Assembly: GCF_032116555.1 (NCBI RefSeq)
Contig: NZ_CP134949.1
Coordinates: 2,542,001-2,606,000, forward strand
DNA: 64,000 nt
Reading direction: 5' to 3'
From: Halorarum halobium
Lineage (GTDB): Archaea > Halobacteriota > Halobacteria > Halobacteriales > Haloferacaceae
Shown: in pieces, positions 1 to 9,701 of the stretch
How positions within the stretch are numbered: the stretch's first letter is position 1
Layout of the letters: every line of letters begins with the position of its first letter
The notes under the pieces: model-generated
The model's input: the letters and a program-made list of their open reading frames with translations, nothing else
What the model was told of the DNA's origin: nothing
Databases searched by the model: none
Translations under genes and position numbers: made by a program

Positions 1-336
1 CTCCAGCGCGTCGAAGGTGACCTCGAGGACGCCGTTGTTGAACGACGCCGAGGCGGAGTGCTCGTCGACGCGGACCGGGAGGCGCACGCGCTCGTCGTAG
101 CGGCGCGTCTCGCTGTCGGCGGCGATGGTGAGCGTCCGCCCGTCACACTGGAGGTCGACGTCGTCCTTCCCGACGCCCGGGAGGTCCGCGACGAGTCGGA
201 CCAGTTCGTCCTCGTGCTGGACCGAGACGTGCGTGTCCGTGCCGAAGCCGGCGTCGCCCGTGCCCGCCACGTCGTTCATCATCCGCTCGATCTCGTCGAA
301 GATGTCGCCGAATGGATCGTCGCGGTCGTCCCGCAT
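1..336 (-). CDS. Hsp20/alpha-crystallin small heat-shock protein (3' end runs off window)
   Basis: Hand translation from ATG 336: MRDDRDDPFGDIFDEIERMM...VADLPGVGKDDVDL...SASFNNGVLEVTF; DLPG and NGVL motifs. Not in ORF track. Confidence 0.9.
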   Translation of the reverse strand, partial: MRDDRDDPFGDIFDEIERMMNDVAGTGDAGFGTDTHVSVQHEDELVRLVADLPGVGKDDVDLQCDGRTLTIAADSETRRYDERVRLPVRVDEHSASASFNNGVLEVTFDALE

Positions 337-376
337 GAGCGGCCATAGCCCGGTGGCCCCGATAAGCCTTCTCCCC

Positions 377-464
377 CCGGCATCGTTCGGGATACTCGTC
401 GCGGCGTCGATCAGGATGCTCGCCGCGGCATCGCTCGGGATGTTCACCCCGGCGTCGTTGCTGG
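377..464. repeat. Degenerate 24-bp tandem repeat, about 3.5 copies
   Basis: ccggcatcgttcgggatactcgtc / gcggcgtcgatcaggatgctcgcc / gcggcatcgctcgggatgttcacc / ccggcgtcgttgctgg. Confidence 0.8.
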
Positions 465-580
465 CTCCTACCCCACGACCGTGATCCGGTTTCGCTCACG
501 CACGCCGTCTCCATCCCACGAACGGCAGCACGCGTCCGCCCAACGTCTTTCCGTGTCCGGGCACAAGTTCGGCCGGACCC

Positions 581-754
581 ATGAGCGTCCTGCAGCGGCT
601 CAGAGACGTGCTCGTTCCGGACACCGAGCGAGGAATCGTGTACGAGTGTGCGAACTGCGGTCACGTCGTCGAGGAGCCGCGGGAGCGGTGCCCCGAGTGC
701 GGTTCGACGGAGATCATCGAGCAGGAGGGGTTCGACATGCGACCCGACGGATAG
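581..754 (+). CDS. Small CPxCG-type zinc-finger protein (57 aa)
   Basis: MSVLQRLRDVLVPDTERGIVYECANCGHVVEEPRERCPECGSTEIIEQEGFDMRPDG; two CxxCG knuckles; below ORF-track cutoff. Confidence 0.85.
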   Translation: MSVLQRLRDVLVPDTERGIVYECANCGHVVEEPRERCPECGSTEIIEQEGFDMRPDG

Positions 755-853
755 CCGGTGTGGGCGGCGACCCGCCGGCGGATCGTGCGATCGGCGAAGG
801 ACGGACGGCGCGACGACTAAACAATTAAGACCCTCGACAGCAGTTATTCGGTT

Positions 854-1903
854 ATGAGTAAATCGGATCTCTCCACGGGGGCGGACGTGACCGACCCGGT
901 CCGCGTGGGGCTGAACGGCTTCGGCCGGATCGGCCGCAACGTCTTCCGGGCGGTCATGGACGACCCGCGGATCGAACTCGTCGGCATCAACGACGTGATG
1001 TCGGGCGAGGACATGCGCTATCTCGCCGCCTACGACTCGGTGATGGGCCGACTGGACGGCGTGAGCTACGACGACGGGAGCGAGGAACTGGTCGTCGGCG
1101 ACTCCGCCGTGCCGGTGCTGGACGAGCAGGACCCGGCCGACCTCCCGTGGGACGAGTTCGACGTCGACGTCGCGCTCGAGTGCACGGGCGTGTTCCGCAC
1201 CCACGAGGACGCCGAGCGCCACGTCGCGGCCGGCGCGGACACCGTCGTCATCTCGGCGCCGCCGAAGGGCGAGCAGCCGGTCAAACAGCTCGTCTACGGC
1301 GTGAACCACGACGAGTACGCGGGCGAGTCGGTCGTCTCCAACGCCTCCTGTACGACGAACTCGGTGACGCCCGTGGCGAAGGTGCTCGACGAGGAGTTCG
1401 GCATCGAGTACGGGCTGCTCACCACGGTCCACGCCTACACAGGCTCGCAGAACCTGGTGGACGGGCCGAAGGGCAAGACCCGCCGCGGGCGCGCGGCGGC
1501 GGAGAACATCGTCCCCACCTCCACCGGCGCGGCGAAGGCCGCGACCGAAATCCTGCCCCAGTTGCAGGGAAAACTCGACGGGATGGCGATGCGCGTCCCG
1601 GTGCCGAACGGCTCCATCACCGAACTCGTCGTGGACCTCGAATCGTCGCCGAGCGCCCCCGAGATCAACGACGCGTTCCGCGCGGCCGCAGACGAGGGTC
1701 CGCTGGCCGGCGTGCTGGGCTACACCGACGACGAGGTCGTCTCGCGGGACATTTTGGGTCTGCCGTTCTCCTCCTACGCGGACCTCCCCTCGACCAACAC
1801 CGTCGGGGAGGACGGGCTGGCGAAGATCCTGACGTGGTACGACAACGAGTACGGCTTCTCGAACCGCCTGCTCGACGTGGCGGCCTTCGTGGACGCGAAC
1901 TGA
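854..1903 (+). CDS. gap: Type I (bacterial-type) glyceraldehyde-3-phosphate dehydrogenase
   Basis: NGFGRIGR, ASCTTN catalytic motif, WYDNEYG; AT-rich box at ~818-830. Confidence 0.97.
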   Translation: MSKSDLSTGADVTDPVRVGLNGFGRIGRNVFRAVMDDPRIELVGINDVMSGEDMRYLAAYDSVMGRLDGVSYDDGSEELVVGDSAVPVLDEQDPADLPWDEFDVDVALECTGVFRTHEDAERHVAAGADTVVISAPPKGEQPVKQLVYGVNHDEYAGESVVSNASCTTNSVTPVAKVLDEEFGIEYGLLTTVHAYTGSQNLVDGPKGKTRRGRAAAENIVPTSTGAAKAATEILPQLQGKLDGMAMRVPVPNGSITELVVDLESSPSAPEINDAFRAAADEGPLAGVLGYTDDEVVSRDILGLPFSSYADLPSTNTVGEDGLAKILTWYDNEYGFSNRLLDVAAFVDAN

Positions 1904-2027
1904 GGCCGGGCCGGCACCGGCCGTCGATGACCGACCCGCGGTCGCCGACTGACCGGCCGACGGTCGCAGATCCCCGGCGGGAAGTCACGGAGTAGTTTTA
2001 TTCCCGATATTCACGTACCTCCCAGTC

Positions 2028-2234
2028 ATGCGTGCGCGAATCAAGCGAGCGACGAGTCGTGCGAAGTACGCCGCGATCGGTGCCGCCGTCGGCGCCGCCC
2101 TCGGCGGGTTGGTCAGTCGAAACGCCGCGAGCACCGGCGGCGGCCTCGGCGCGCTCGCGGGCGCGGCGGTCGGCGAGCGGCGGAGCGGGATGGAATCGGC
2201 GATCGAGGAACTCAAGCAGCGAACCGAGTCCTGA
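2028..2234 (+). CDS. Small glycine-zipper membrane protein
   Basis: GAAVGAALGGL...GGGLGALAGAAVG; T-rich promoter-like sequence ~30 nt upstream. Confidence 0.75.
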   Translation: MRARIKRATSRAKYAAIGAAVGAALGGLVSRNAASTGGGLGALAGAAVGERRSGMESAIEELKQRTES

Positions 2235-2354
2235 CCGTTCCCGGGCGGCCGATCGACCGCCACGAGGTGCCCCCCGAGTGCCCGGACCGGGGGACGGGTG
2301 AGCCGCTCGCGGCCGAGGGACAAGACATTACTTGCCACCTGCCGAGGCACGGGT

Positions 2355-3458
2355 ATGACCCTACGGAAGCCGCCACTGCGCGAAGTCCACGCCGAGCGCG
2401 GCGCGTCGTTCACCGAGTTCGGCGGCTGGGACATGCCCGTGGAGTTCGACTCCATCCGGGCGGAACACCGGGCGGTCCGCGAGGCGGCCGGCGTGTTCGA
2501 CGTCTCCCACATGGGCGAGATCGAGGTCGTCGGGCCGGACGCGACGGCGCTGTTGCAGCGGCTCACGACCAACGACGTGACGGAACTGGAGCCGGGCGAG
2601 GCCCAGTACGCGGGCATCTGCCGCGAAGACGGCGTGCTGCTCGACGACACGGTCGTCTACCGCCTGCCGGACGAGCGCGCCGGCGACGCCGGGCCGGCGT
2701 ACCTGTTCATCCCGAACGCCGGCCACGACGAGCAGATGCACGAACGGTGGGTCGACCACCGGAACGACGCCGACCTCGACGCGGAGGTCCGCAACGCCAC
2801 CGAGGACTGGGCGATGTTCGCGGTCCAGGGCCCCGAGGCACCCGACGTCGTCGCGCGCGAGGCGACCGCGGACGTGCTGCCGCTCTCCAAGTTCGAGGCG
2901 ACGTTCTCCGAGGTCGCCGGCGTCGAGTGCTGGGTCGCCCGCACGGGCTACACCGGCGAGGACGGCTTCGAACTGCTCTGTCCCTGGGACGAGGCCGAGA
3001 CGGTCTGGTCGGCGTTCGCCGACGCCTGCGAGCCGTGCGGGCTCGGCGCGCGCGACACCCTCCGCATCGAGCAGGGGTTCCTGCTCTCGGGGCAGGACTT
3101 CCACCCGGAGGACGAGCCGCACACCCCCTACGAGGCCGGCATCGGCTTCGTCGTGGACCTCGACACCGAGTTCGTCGGGCGCGACGCGCTGGCCGAACAG
3201 GACGAGGTCGGCATCGAGGAGTCGTTCGTCGGCATCGAGCTGCTCGAACGAGGCGTCGCCCGCCACGGCTACGACGTCACCGACGAGGACGGCCACGTCG
3301 TCGGCCGCGTCACCAGCGGCACGATGAGCCCCACGCTCGACAAGCCAGTCGCGCTCGGCTACCTCCCCGTCGGACTCACCGACCCCGGCACGACCGTCAA
3401 CGTCGTCGTCCGGGGCAGCGAAAAGCGCGCGAACGTCGTCACCCCGCCGTTCAACTGA
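2355..3458 (+). CDS. gcvT: Glycine cleavage system aminomethyltransferase T
   Basis: FGGWDMPV, FDVSHMG, RTGYTGEDGFE, GLGARDTLR; in gcv cluster. Confidence 0.96.
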   Translation: MTLRKPPLREVHAERGASFTEFGGWDMPVEFDSIRAEHRAVREAAGVFDVSHMGEIEVVGPDATALLQRLTTNDVTELEPGEAQYAGICREDGVLLDDTVVYRLPDERAGDAGPAYLFIPNAGHDEQMHERWVDHRNDADLDAEVRNATEDWAMFAVQGPEAPDVVAREATADVLPLSKFEATFSEVAGVECWVARTGYTGEDGFELLCPWDEAETVWSAFADACEPCGLGARDTLRIEQGFLLSGQDFHPEDEPHTPYEAGIGFVVDLDTEFVGRDALAEQDEVGIEESFVGIELLERGVARHGYDVTDEDGHVVGRVTSGTMSPTLDKPVALGYLPVGLTDPGTTVNVVVRGSEKRANVVTPPFN

Positions 3459-3646
3459 GGCCGCCCCGTTCGAAACGAGGTCTCGTCGAGCACCGTCTCG
3501 ACGACGGCGAGGACGGCGAACGCCCCGACGAGCAGCGGGCTTCCCACCAACCCGTACTGGAACGGGTGGACCGTCAGCGCGAGCAGCATGATCGCGCCGA
3601 CGAACGGGATCAGCGCGACGAGGCTCGTTCGCGTGCGACGCTCCAT
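3359..3646 (-). CDS. Small two-TM membrane protein (3' end overlaps gcvT)
   Basis: MERRTRTSLVALIPFVGAIMLLAL...LLVGAFAVLAVV; two hydrophobic segments fill the gcvT-gcvH gap. Confidence 0.6.
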   Translation of the reverse strand: MERRTRTSLVALIPFVGAIMLLALTVHPFQYGLVGSPLLVGAFAVLAVVETVLDETSFRTGRPQLNGGVTTFARFSLPRTTTLTVVPGSVSPTGR

Positions 3647-3829
3647 GTTCGACCCAGAGATTCGCGTCACTGAAAGGCTTTGTCCGGCCACGGATCGTCA
3701 CTCCGCGCCGGTCCGGTCGCTTCGGATCGACCCGGCCGTCCCCGGGTCGGGACCGCGACCTCGTTCGTCGGCCGCCGGAACGGGTGGCTTTTTCCTTCAC
3801 TCCCGGATAGTACCCCCAACGACGCCACC

Positions 3830-4210
3830 ATGAGCTTCGACGTACCCGACGGAAACCGCTACCGCGAATCGCACGAGTGGATCTCGACCGACGCCCCCCA
3901 CCGCGTCGGCATCTCGGACTTCGCCCAGGACGAACTCGGCGACGTGGTGTTCGTCGAACTGCCCGAGGTCGGTGAGACGGTCGAGGCCGGCGCGGAGTTC
4001 GGGGTCGTCGAGTCCATCAAGGCCGTCTCGGACCTCTACGCGCCGATCTCGGGCGAGGTGACCGCGGTCAACGAGGCGCTGTTCGACGAGCCGGAACTGG
4101 TGAACGAGGACCCGTTCGGCGACGGCTGGATGCTCGAGATCGACCCGGCGGACGGGGACGACCTCGACGCGCTGCTCCCGGCCGAGGAGTACCGCGAGCA
4201 GATCGAGTAA
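3830..4210 (+). CDS. gcvH: Glycine cleavage system H protein
   Basis: [22 protein letters not shown] lipoyl-Lys motif. Confidence 0.96.
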   Translation: MSFDVPDGNRYRESHEWISTDAPHRVGISDFAQDELGDVVFVELPEVGETVEAGAEFGVVESIKAVSDLYAPISGEVTAVNEALFDEPELVNEDPFGDGWMLEIDPADGDDLDALLPAEEYREQIE

Positions 4211-4420
4211 GCTCGCCCTGCCCTCGCCAACGCTGGCTTACGCTGCTGGGGGTCGACACGCGGTTCCCTTTCTCGTGGATACGGCCCTGACGCCACCTCG
4301 ACCCGTCACTGGGGACGAGCGAGGACGACGGACGGGACGTGATGGATCGGCCGGATGCGGGGCGAGCGACCCGTGCCGAGGTCCGTTCGGGTCCGCCCAC
4401 TGGCCGCCGTCCGCGTTCGG

Positions 4421-5464
4421 CTACCCGGCGCCGTCCGCGCCCGCCTCGACCGGCGGCCGGTGGATCGGCTCGATCGTTCCGGCCGGGTCGGCACGCTCGT
4501 CGACGAGCGGCAGCGTCCTGAGCTGCTCGGCGTTCAGGTCGGCGATGACGCCGCCCCGCGCCGAGTGGTCGCGCCCCGCCTCGTACGCCTCCTCGATGTC
4601 GGCCTCGGTCGCGGCGGTGCGGCTCCGCACCGTCGTCCCGGTCGCGTCCACGTCGAGGAGGAGGTACGACTGGGGGAACGAGGCGAGCGAGGGGGCGATG
4701 AGCCCCCGGACGCCGAGTGGTCGGGTGAGCGAGAGCAGGTGAACGTGCCCCGAGAGGTGGAGGGGAACGTCGTGCTCGGCCAGCACGTTCACCAGCGCCT
4801 CCGCGTTCCCGACCGGCGGATGGGGCGCCCAGCCGTCGCCGCCGACGTGGGCTGGGAGCCCGGGGAGGTTGTGGTGGGAGACGACGATCGGCTCGCTCGT
4901 CCCCGGCAGCGTCTCGTCGAGCCACGCGAGCTGGTCCGCGGAGACGACGGCCAGTCGGGGGTCGTCGCCGTCGTCGGGCCACATCGCGGTGTTGAGGCCG
5001 AGCACGTCGACCCCGTCGAGATCGAGGTGGACGGGGAACCCGTCGTCGGCGAACCGGTCCGCGAACGCCGCGGCCGGGAACTCCTTCACGTCGTGGTTGC
5101 CCGGCACCGCGAGCACCGGCACGTCGACCGCCGCGAGCGCCGACTCGATCCAGTCGAGGTCCCCGACCTCGCCGTCCTTCGTGAGGTCGCCCGAGAGCAG
5201 GAGGGCGTCGACCCCCTCCGACTCCACCGCGGCGAGCGTGGCACGGAACCGGTCCCGCGTGCGGTGGAAGAGCTTCCACGTCCCGTCGTCGTCGCCGGCC
5301 ACGTGCGGGTCCGAGACGACGGCCAGTCGGATCGGTGCGTCGCTCCGCGGTCGGTCGAAGCGGGCGACGTGGTCGTCCTCGACCGCGAGGGCTTCGTACG
5401 CCGTCTCGTGGGCGGGGGCCGCCCCCGCGTACAGTCGTCGGTCGGCGAGCTCCCGAACTCCCAT
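4421..5464 (-). CDS. Calcineurin-like metallophosphoesterase
   Basis: SDPH, GDLT, GNHD, SHH, GHVH motifs. Confidence 0.9.
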   Translation of the reverse strand: MGVRELADRRLYAGAAPAHETAYEALAVEDDHVARFDRPRSDAPIRLAVVSDPHVAGDDDGTWKLFHRTRDRFRATLAAVESEGVDALLLSGDLTKDGEVGDLDWIESALAAVDVPVLAVPGNHDVKEFPAAAFADRFADDGFPVHLDLDGVDVLGLNTAMWPDDGDDPRLAVVSADQLAWLDETLPGTSEPIVVSHHNLPGLPAHVGGDGWAPHPPVGNAEALVNVLAEHDVPLHLSGHVHLLSLTRPLGVRGLIAPSLASFPQSYLLLDVDATGTTVRSRTAATEADIEEAYEAGRDHSARGGVIADLNAEQLRTLPLVDERADPAGTIEPIHRPPVEAGADGAG

Positions 5465-5494
5465 CTGTACCGTGAACTCCGTGCGAGTCGCCCA

Positions 5495-5545
5495 TAAGGC
5501 TACCGCAAGAAATATTGTTTATCTCGATAATCTATATAGAATTCT
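5495..5545. promoter_or_regulatory. AT-rich divergent promoter region (metallophosphoesterase / gcvPA)
   Basis: aagaaatattgtttatctcgataatctatatagaattc in a high-GC background. Confidence 0.6.
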
Positions 5546-5757
5546 GCCGGATGCCCCCGCCGGTCCCCACCGACAGTCGCCGACGCCGGCGACCCGAACC
5601 GGCACCGCGACCTCGACGGCACGGTTGCTCGAACCGGCACCGCGACCCGGGAACGAACGACTCTTGACGGCCCGGTCGTAGGCACACCCATGGACAGACG
5701 TGGATTCGCTCCGGCCCCCGGACTGCACGGACGTGACGAAGGAGGTGCCCCGTCACG

Positions 5758-7089
5758 ATGAGCGGACGGTCGGCGGGCTCGCCGTTCGCCCCGCACACGC
5801 TCGAGACGACCGCCGAGATGCTCGCGGCGGTCGGCGCCGACGACGAGGCCGACCTGTTCGACATCCCCGAGTCGGTCGCGTTCGACGGGGAGTTCGGGAT
5901 CCCGGCACGGAGCGAGCGCGAGGTCGTCGGCGACCTCCGGGACACGTTCGCCCGCAACGACGACCTGACGGAGTTCCTCGGCCGCGGCCATTACGGCCAC
6001 TACGTCCCCGCGCTCGTGGACGACCTCTCCGCCCGCTCGGAGTTCCTCACGAGCTACACGCAGTACCAGCCCGAGATCACCCAGGGGTTCCTCCAGGCGC
6101 TGTTCGAGTACCAGTCGATGCTCGTCGAGTTGACGGGGCTCCCGGTCGCCAACTGCTCGATGTACGACGCGGCGACGGGGCTGGCCGAGGCCGCGCTGCT
6201 CGCCGACCGCGTGCGCTCCGCGAGCGGCGACACGGTCCTGGTGCCCGAGGCGCTCCGGGACGGGAAGCGCTCCACGCTCGACAACTACGTCGACGGCTCC
6301 GACCTCTCGGTGGAGACGTACCCCTCCGACGACGGGACGGTCGACCTCGAGGCGCTCCGCGAGCGCGTCGGCGGGGACGTCTGTTTCGTCTACGCCGAGA
6401 ACCCGACCGTCACGGGCGCCATCGAACCGGAACTCGCCGCGGTCGGCGACGTCGCCGACGAGCACGACGCCCTGTTCTGTGTCGGCAGCGACGTCGTCGC
6501 GCTCGGCCTGCTACGGGAACCGGCGTCGGTCGGCGCCGACGTCGTCGTCGGCGAGGCCGGCGCGCTCGGACTCCCGACCGCCTACGGGATGGGGCTCGGC
6601 CTGTTCGCCTGCCGCGAGGAGTACCTCCGGCAGGTGCCGGGCAGGCTCGTCGGCGCGAGCGAGGACGCCGCGGACCACCGGGCCTACACGCTGACGCTCC
6701 AGACGCGCGAGCAGCACATCCGCAAGGAGCGCGCCACCTCGAACATCTGCACGAACCAGGCGTGGGTGGCGCTCCGGGCCGCGATGCACCTCGCGACCCT
6801 CGGGGCGTCCGGCCTCGCCGACCTCGCGGAGGACTGCGTCCGAGCGGCCCGCGACCTCGCGGCCGACCTGGACGAGGTCGACGGCGTGACCGCGCCGCTC
6901 CACGACCGCCACCACTTCCGCGAGTTCGCCGTCGGCGTCGACGACGCGCACGGCGTCGCCGCGGGCCTCCAGGAACGCGGCTACGCGGTCCACGTCCTCG
7001 ACGGAGACACGCTGCAGGTCTGTGTCACGGACCTCACCGCCGGGGAGACGGACGGACTGGTCGCGGCGTTCACGGAGGTGGCGAACTGA
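5758..7089 (+). CDS. gcvPA: Glycine dehydrogenase (decarboxylating) subunit 1
   Basis: [34 protein letters not shown]. Confidence 0.96.
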   Translation: MSGRSAGSPFAPHTLETTAEMLAAVGADDEADLFDIPESVAFDGEFGIPARSEREVVGDLRDTFARNDDLTEFLGRGHYGHYVPALVDDLSARSEFLTSYTQYQPEITQGFLQALFEYQSMLVELTGLPVANCSMYDAATGLAEAALLADRVRSASGDTVLVPEALRDGKRSTLDNYVDGSDLSVETYPSDDGTVDLEALRERVGGDVCFVYAENPTVTGAIEPELAAVGDVADEHDALFCVGSDVVALGLLREPASVGADVVVGEAGALGLPTAYGMGLGLFACREEYLRQVPGRLVGASEDAADHRAYTLTLQTREQHIRKERATSNICTNQAWVALRAAMHLATLGASGLADLAEDCVRAARDLAADLDEVDGVTAPLHDRHHFREFAVGVDDAHGVAAGLQERGYAVHVLDGDTLQVCVTDLTAGETDGLVAAFTEVAN

Positions 7090-8567
7090 TGAACTACGAT
7101 CAGGCGCGGTACGGCGACGACGAGCGGTACGAACCGCTGCTCTCGGAGAAGGACGGGAAGGCGGTCGACCCGGGCGAGGACTCGGCGCTCCCGGACGAGT
7201 TGACCCGCGACTCGCTCGAACTCCCCGAGCTCTCGGAGCCGGAACTCGCCCGGCACTACACCCGGCTCTCACAGATGAACTGGAGCGTCGAGGCCGGGCC
7301 GTACCCGCTCGGCTCGTGCACGATGAAGTACAACCCGTCGTTCACGGACGTCGTCGCAGCCGACCCGAACGCCGCGGTCCACCCGGACCGGGACCCGGAG
7401 ACGGTTCAGGGGACCCTGAAACTGCTCTACGGGTTACAGGAGTACCTCGCGGAGGTCGGCGGGATGGACGCCGTGACGCTCCAGCCGCCGGCGGGCGCCG
7501 CGGGCGAGTTCGCCGGCATCACCGTCGCCAAGGCGTACCACGAGGCGAACGGCAACGACCGGAGCGAGATAATCGTCCCCGCGTCGGCCCACGGCACCAA
7601 CTTCGCCACGGCGGCGATGGCCGGCTACGACGTGGTCGAACTCCCGTCGGGCGAGGACGGCCGGGTCGACCTGGAGGCGCTGGAGGCGGCCGTCTCCGGG
7701 GACACCGCGGCGCTGATGCTCACGAACCCGAACACGGTCGGGCTGTTCGAGCGCGACATCGAGGAGATCGCGGGGATCGTCCACGACGCGGGCGGCCTGC
7801 TCTACTACGACGGCGCGAACCTGAACGCGCTGCTCGGCCGCGCCCGCCCCGGCGACATGGGCTTCGACATCATGCACTACAACGTCCACAAGACGTTCGC
7901 GACGCCTCACGGCGGCGGCGGACCGGGCGCCGGCCCGGTCGGCGTCGTCGACGACCTCGCCGAGTTCCTCCCCCGACCGCAGGTTCGTGAGGTCGGGAGC
8001 GACTCGGACGGGAGCGACGTGGACGGGGGAGCCGGCGACGACGCCGCCGGCTACGAACTGTTCGACCCCGAGCGGTCGGTCGGCAAGGTTCACGGCTTCG
8101 GCGGCAACTGGCTGGTGCTGATCAGGGCGTACGCCTACATCCACCGGCTGGGTGACGAGGGCCTGCTCGACGCCTCCGCGAAGGCGGTGCTGAACGCGAA
8201 CTACCTCGCCGAGCGGGTCGAGTTCGACGTGCCCTACGGCCCGTTCCACCACGAGTTCGCCGCGACCTCGGGCGACCGGGACGCGGCCGACGTCGCGAAG
8301 CGCATGCTCGATTACGGCGTCCACCCGCCGACGACGAAGTGGCCCGAGATGGTCCCGGAGGCGATGCTCACCGAGCCGACCGAGGCCGAGAGCAAGGCCT
8401 CGCTGGACGACCTCGCGGCCGCGTTCAACGCCGCCGCGGCCGACCCGGTCGAGGACCTCGAAGCCGCGCCCTCGAAGACGACTGCCCGCCGCATCGACCA
8501 GACGAGCGCGGCGCGGAACCCGCGGCTCTCCTGGCACGCGCTGGCCGGGTCGGACGACGACTCGTAG
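7089..8567 (+). CDS. gcvPB: Glycine dehydrogenase (decarboxylating) subunit 2
   Basis: PLGSCTMKYN, HYNVHKTFATPHGGGGPG (PLP Lys); TGATG overlap with gcvPA. Confidence 0.96.
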   Translation: MNYDQARYGDDERYEPLLSEKDGKAVDPGEDSALPDELTRDSLELPELSEPELARHYTRLSQMNWSVEAGPYPLGSCTMKYNPSFTDVVAADPNAAVHPDRDPETVQGTLKLLYGLQEYLAEVGGMDAVTLQPPAGAAGEFAGITVAKAYHEANGNDRSEIIVPASAHGTNFATAAMAGYDVVELPSGEDGRVDLEALEAAVSGDTAALMLTNPNTVGLFERDIEEIAGIVHDAGGLLYYDGANLNALLGRARPGDMGFDIMHYNVHKTFATPHGGGGPGAGPVGVVDDLAEFLPRPQVREVGSDSDGSDVDGGAGDDAAGYELFDPERSVGKVHGFGGNWLVLIRAYAYIHRLGDEGLLDASAKAVLNANYLAERVEFDVPYGPFHHEFAATSGDRDAADVAKRMLDYGVHPPTTKWPEMVPEAMLTEPTEAESKASLDDLAAAFNAAAADPVEDLEAAPSKTTARRIDQTSAARNPRLSWHALAGSDDDS

Positions 8568-8610
8568 CGGGCGGGCCGTCGTCGTCACCTGCCTGGAGAA
8601 CCGTCGACGC

Positions 8611-9093
8611 TCAGGGGTCCCCCCACGCTGCCCGTCGCCGCCTGAGCGCCCCAGACAGCGACTCGGCGGTGTCCCGGTCGGCGTACAGGTAGTAGGTTTT
8701 GTCCCCCGTCGCGAGTCTGAGCCGCACGAGCGGCTCGGTCGCGACTACCTCGTTCGCGTAGCGCGAGAGGCCGTGGGGCGTGACTGGGTTGGCGGTGGTC
8801 AGTCGCCGGCCGAGGGCGGTGGCGCCGGTCAACACGATGGCCGCGCCGAGGACGACGAGGTCGGCGACGATGCGCGTCTCGCCGTGCCGGTCGCTGACCG
8901 GGACCGAGTCCAGCGCGCGCAGGTCGACGTACCGGAGGATCGCACGCCGTCCGTCCCCCGAGAGCGTCAGCGTGTCCGCCTCGAGCACCGCCCGGGTCCA
9001 CGACTTCCCGAACGGCCCCGGCACCGCGAGCCGGTACGTCTCGCCCTCCCGGTCCGGCGGCTCCTCCCCGCCGCCGGGCGCGTCGTCGCTCAC
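8611..9093 (-). CDS. Hypothetical membrane-associated protein
   Basis: 160-aa ORF with acidic N-terminus and one hydrophobic segment; GTG start. Confidence 0.6.
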   Translation of the reverse strand: MSDDAPGGGEEPPDREGETYRLAVPGPFGKSWTRAVLEADTLTLSGDGRRAILRYVDLRALDSVPVSDRHGETRIVADLVVLGAAIVLTGATALGRRLTTANPVTPHGLSRYANEVVATEPLVRLRLATGDKTYYLYADRDTAESLSGALRRRRAAWGDP

Positions 9094-9221
9094 GGTGCAG
9101 TCGCCGGCGTCGAGCGCCCTATGCCTTGCTACCAGTTGGTACGAGTCCCCGGGTCGGTGCCGACGCTCGCGGGGTCGACGTCGGACGGGTCGGGCGGTCG
9201 CCGGGGTGTGTCACGCCGTCC

Positions 9222-9292
9222 CAATTAAACGTCCTTCCAGCCTCAAAATGCATTATAGAATATTATCATTATAGTTCATTAACTTTATTTGG
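9222..9292. promoter_or_regulatory. AT-rich promoter/operator region upstream of the aceA unit
   Basis: aaaatgCATTATAGaatattatCATTATAGttcattaactttattt; CATTATAG direct repeat. Confidence 0.65.
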
Positions 9293-9405
9293 TCCCTCCC
9301 ACTCCATCCCGACGAGGTGCCACAGATGGGCGTACACGGACGACTCACCGACGATGGTAGCGCGCGACCGACCACACCCGAACCACCCACACCACCAGAA
9401 CGAGA

Positions 9406-9534
9406 ATGCAGTTGACCTTCGACCCGAACCCGAGCACGGACATCGACCGAATCGACGACCGAGAACTGAGCCTGTTCGACGCCGAGGGGAGCGGCCCGAC
9501 CACGACCGCGGGGACGCGGGGGCGACGCCGATGA
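9406..9534 (+). CDS. Candidate 42-aa leader micro-protein
   Basis: [42 protein letters not shown]; stop overlaps next ATG (ATGA). Confidence 0.5.
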   Translation: MQLTFDPNPSTDIDRIDDRELSLFDAEGSGPTTTAGTRGRRR

Positions 9535-9701
9535 CCCGCCGCCGCCCGACGGTCGACCGGCCGGCCGCCCCCGTGGGCGAGGCGGACGCGCCGCTGGTTC
9601 CCGACCTCGGCCGTCCCGGCCGCGCCGGCGAACCCGGTCCCCGACCCCGCCGCCGACGAACCGACCCGTTCGAACTCGACCTCATGGAGGACGCCGAATG
9701 A
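9531..9701 (+). CDS. Candidate 56-aa micro-protein coupled to aceA
   Basis: [11 protein letters not shown]...[18 protein letters not shown] overlaps at both ends; GGAGG just upstream of aceA start. Confidence 0.5.
   Translation: MTRRRPTVDRPAAPVGEADAPLVPDLGRPGRAGEPGPRPRRRRTDPFELDLMEDAE

Noticed and set aside
4211..4420. Possible structured RNA after gcvH (gggtcga...tcgaccc)
   Set aside because: Only a 7-bp inverted repeat in GC-rich DNA; no promoter or family resemblance
2235..5757. Glycine riboswitch upstream of gcv genes
   Set aside because: No recognisable aptamer consensus; the gcvT and gcvH upstream regions look like plain promoters
5700..7088. Apparent 955-aa extended gcvPB
   Set aside because: Open alternative frame over gcvPA; the real start is ATG 7089
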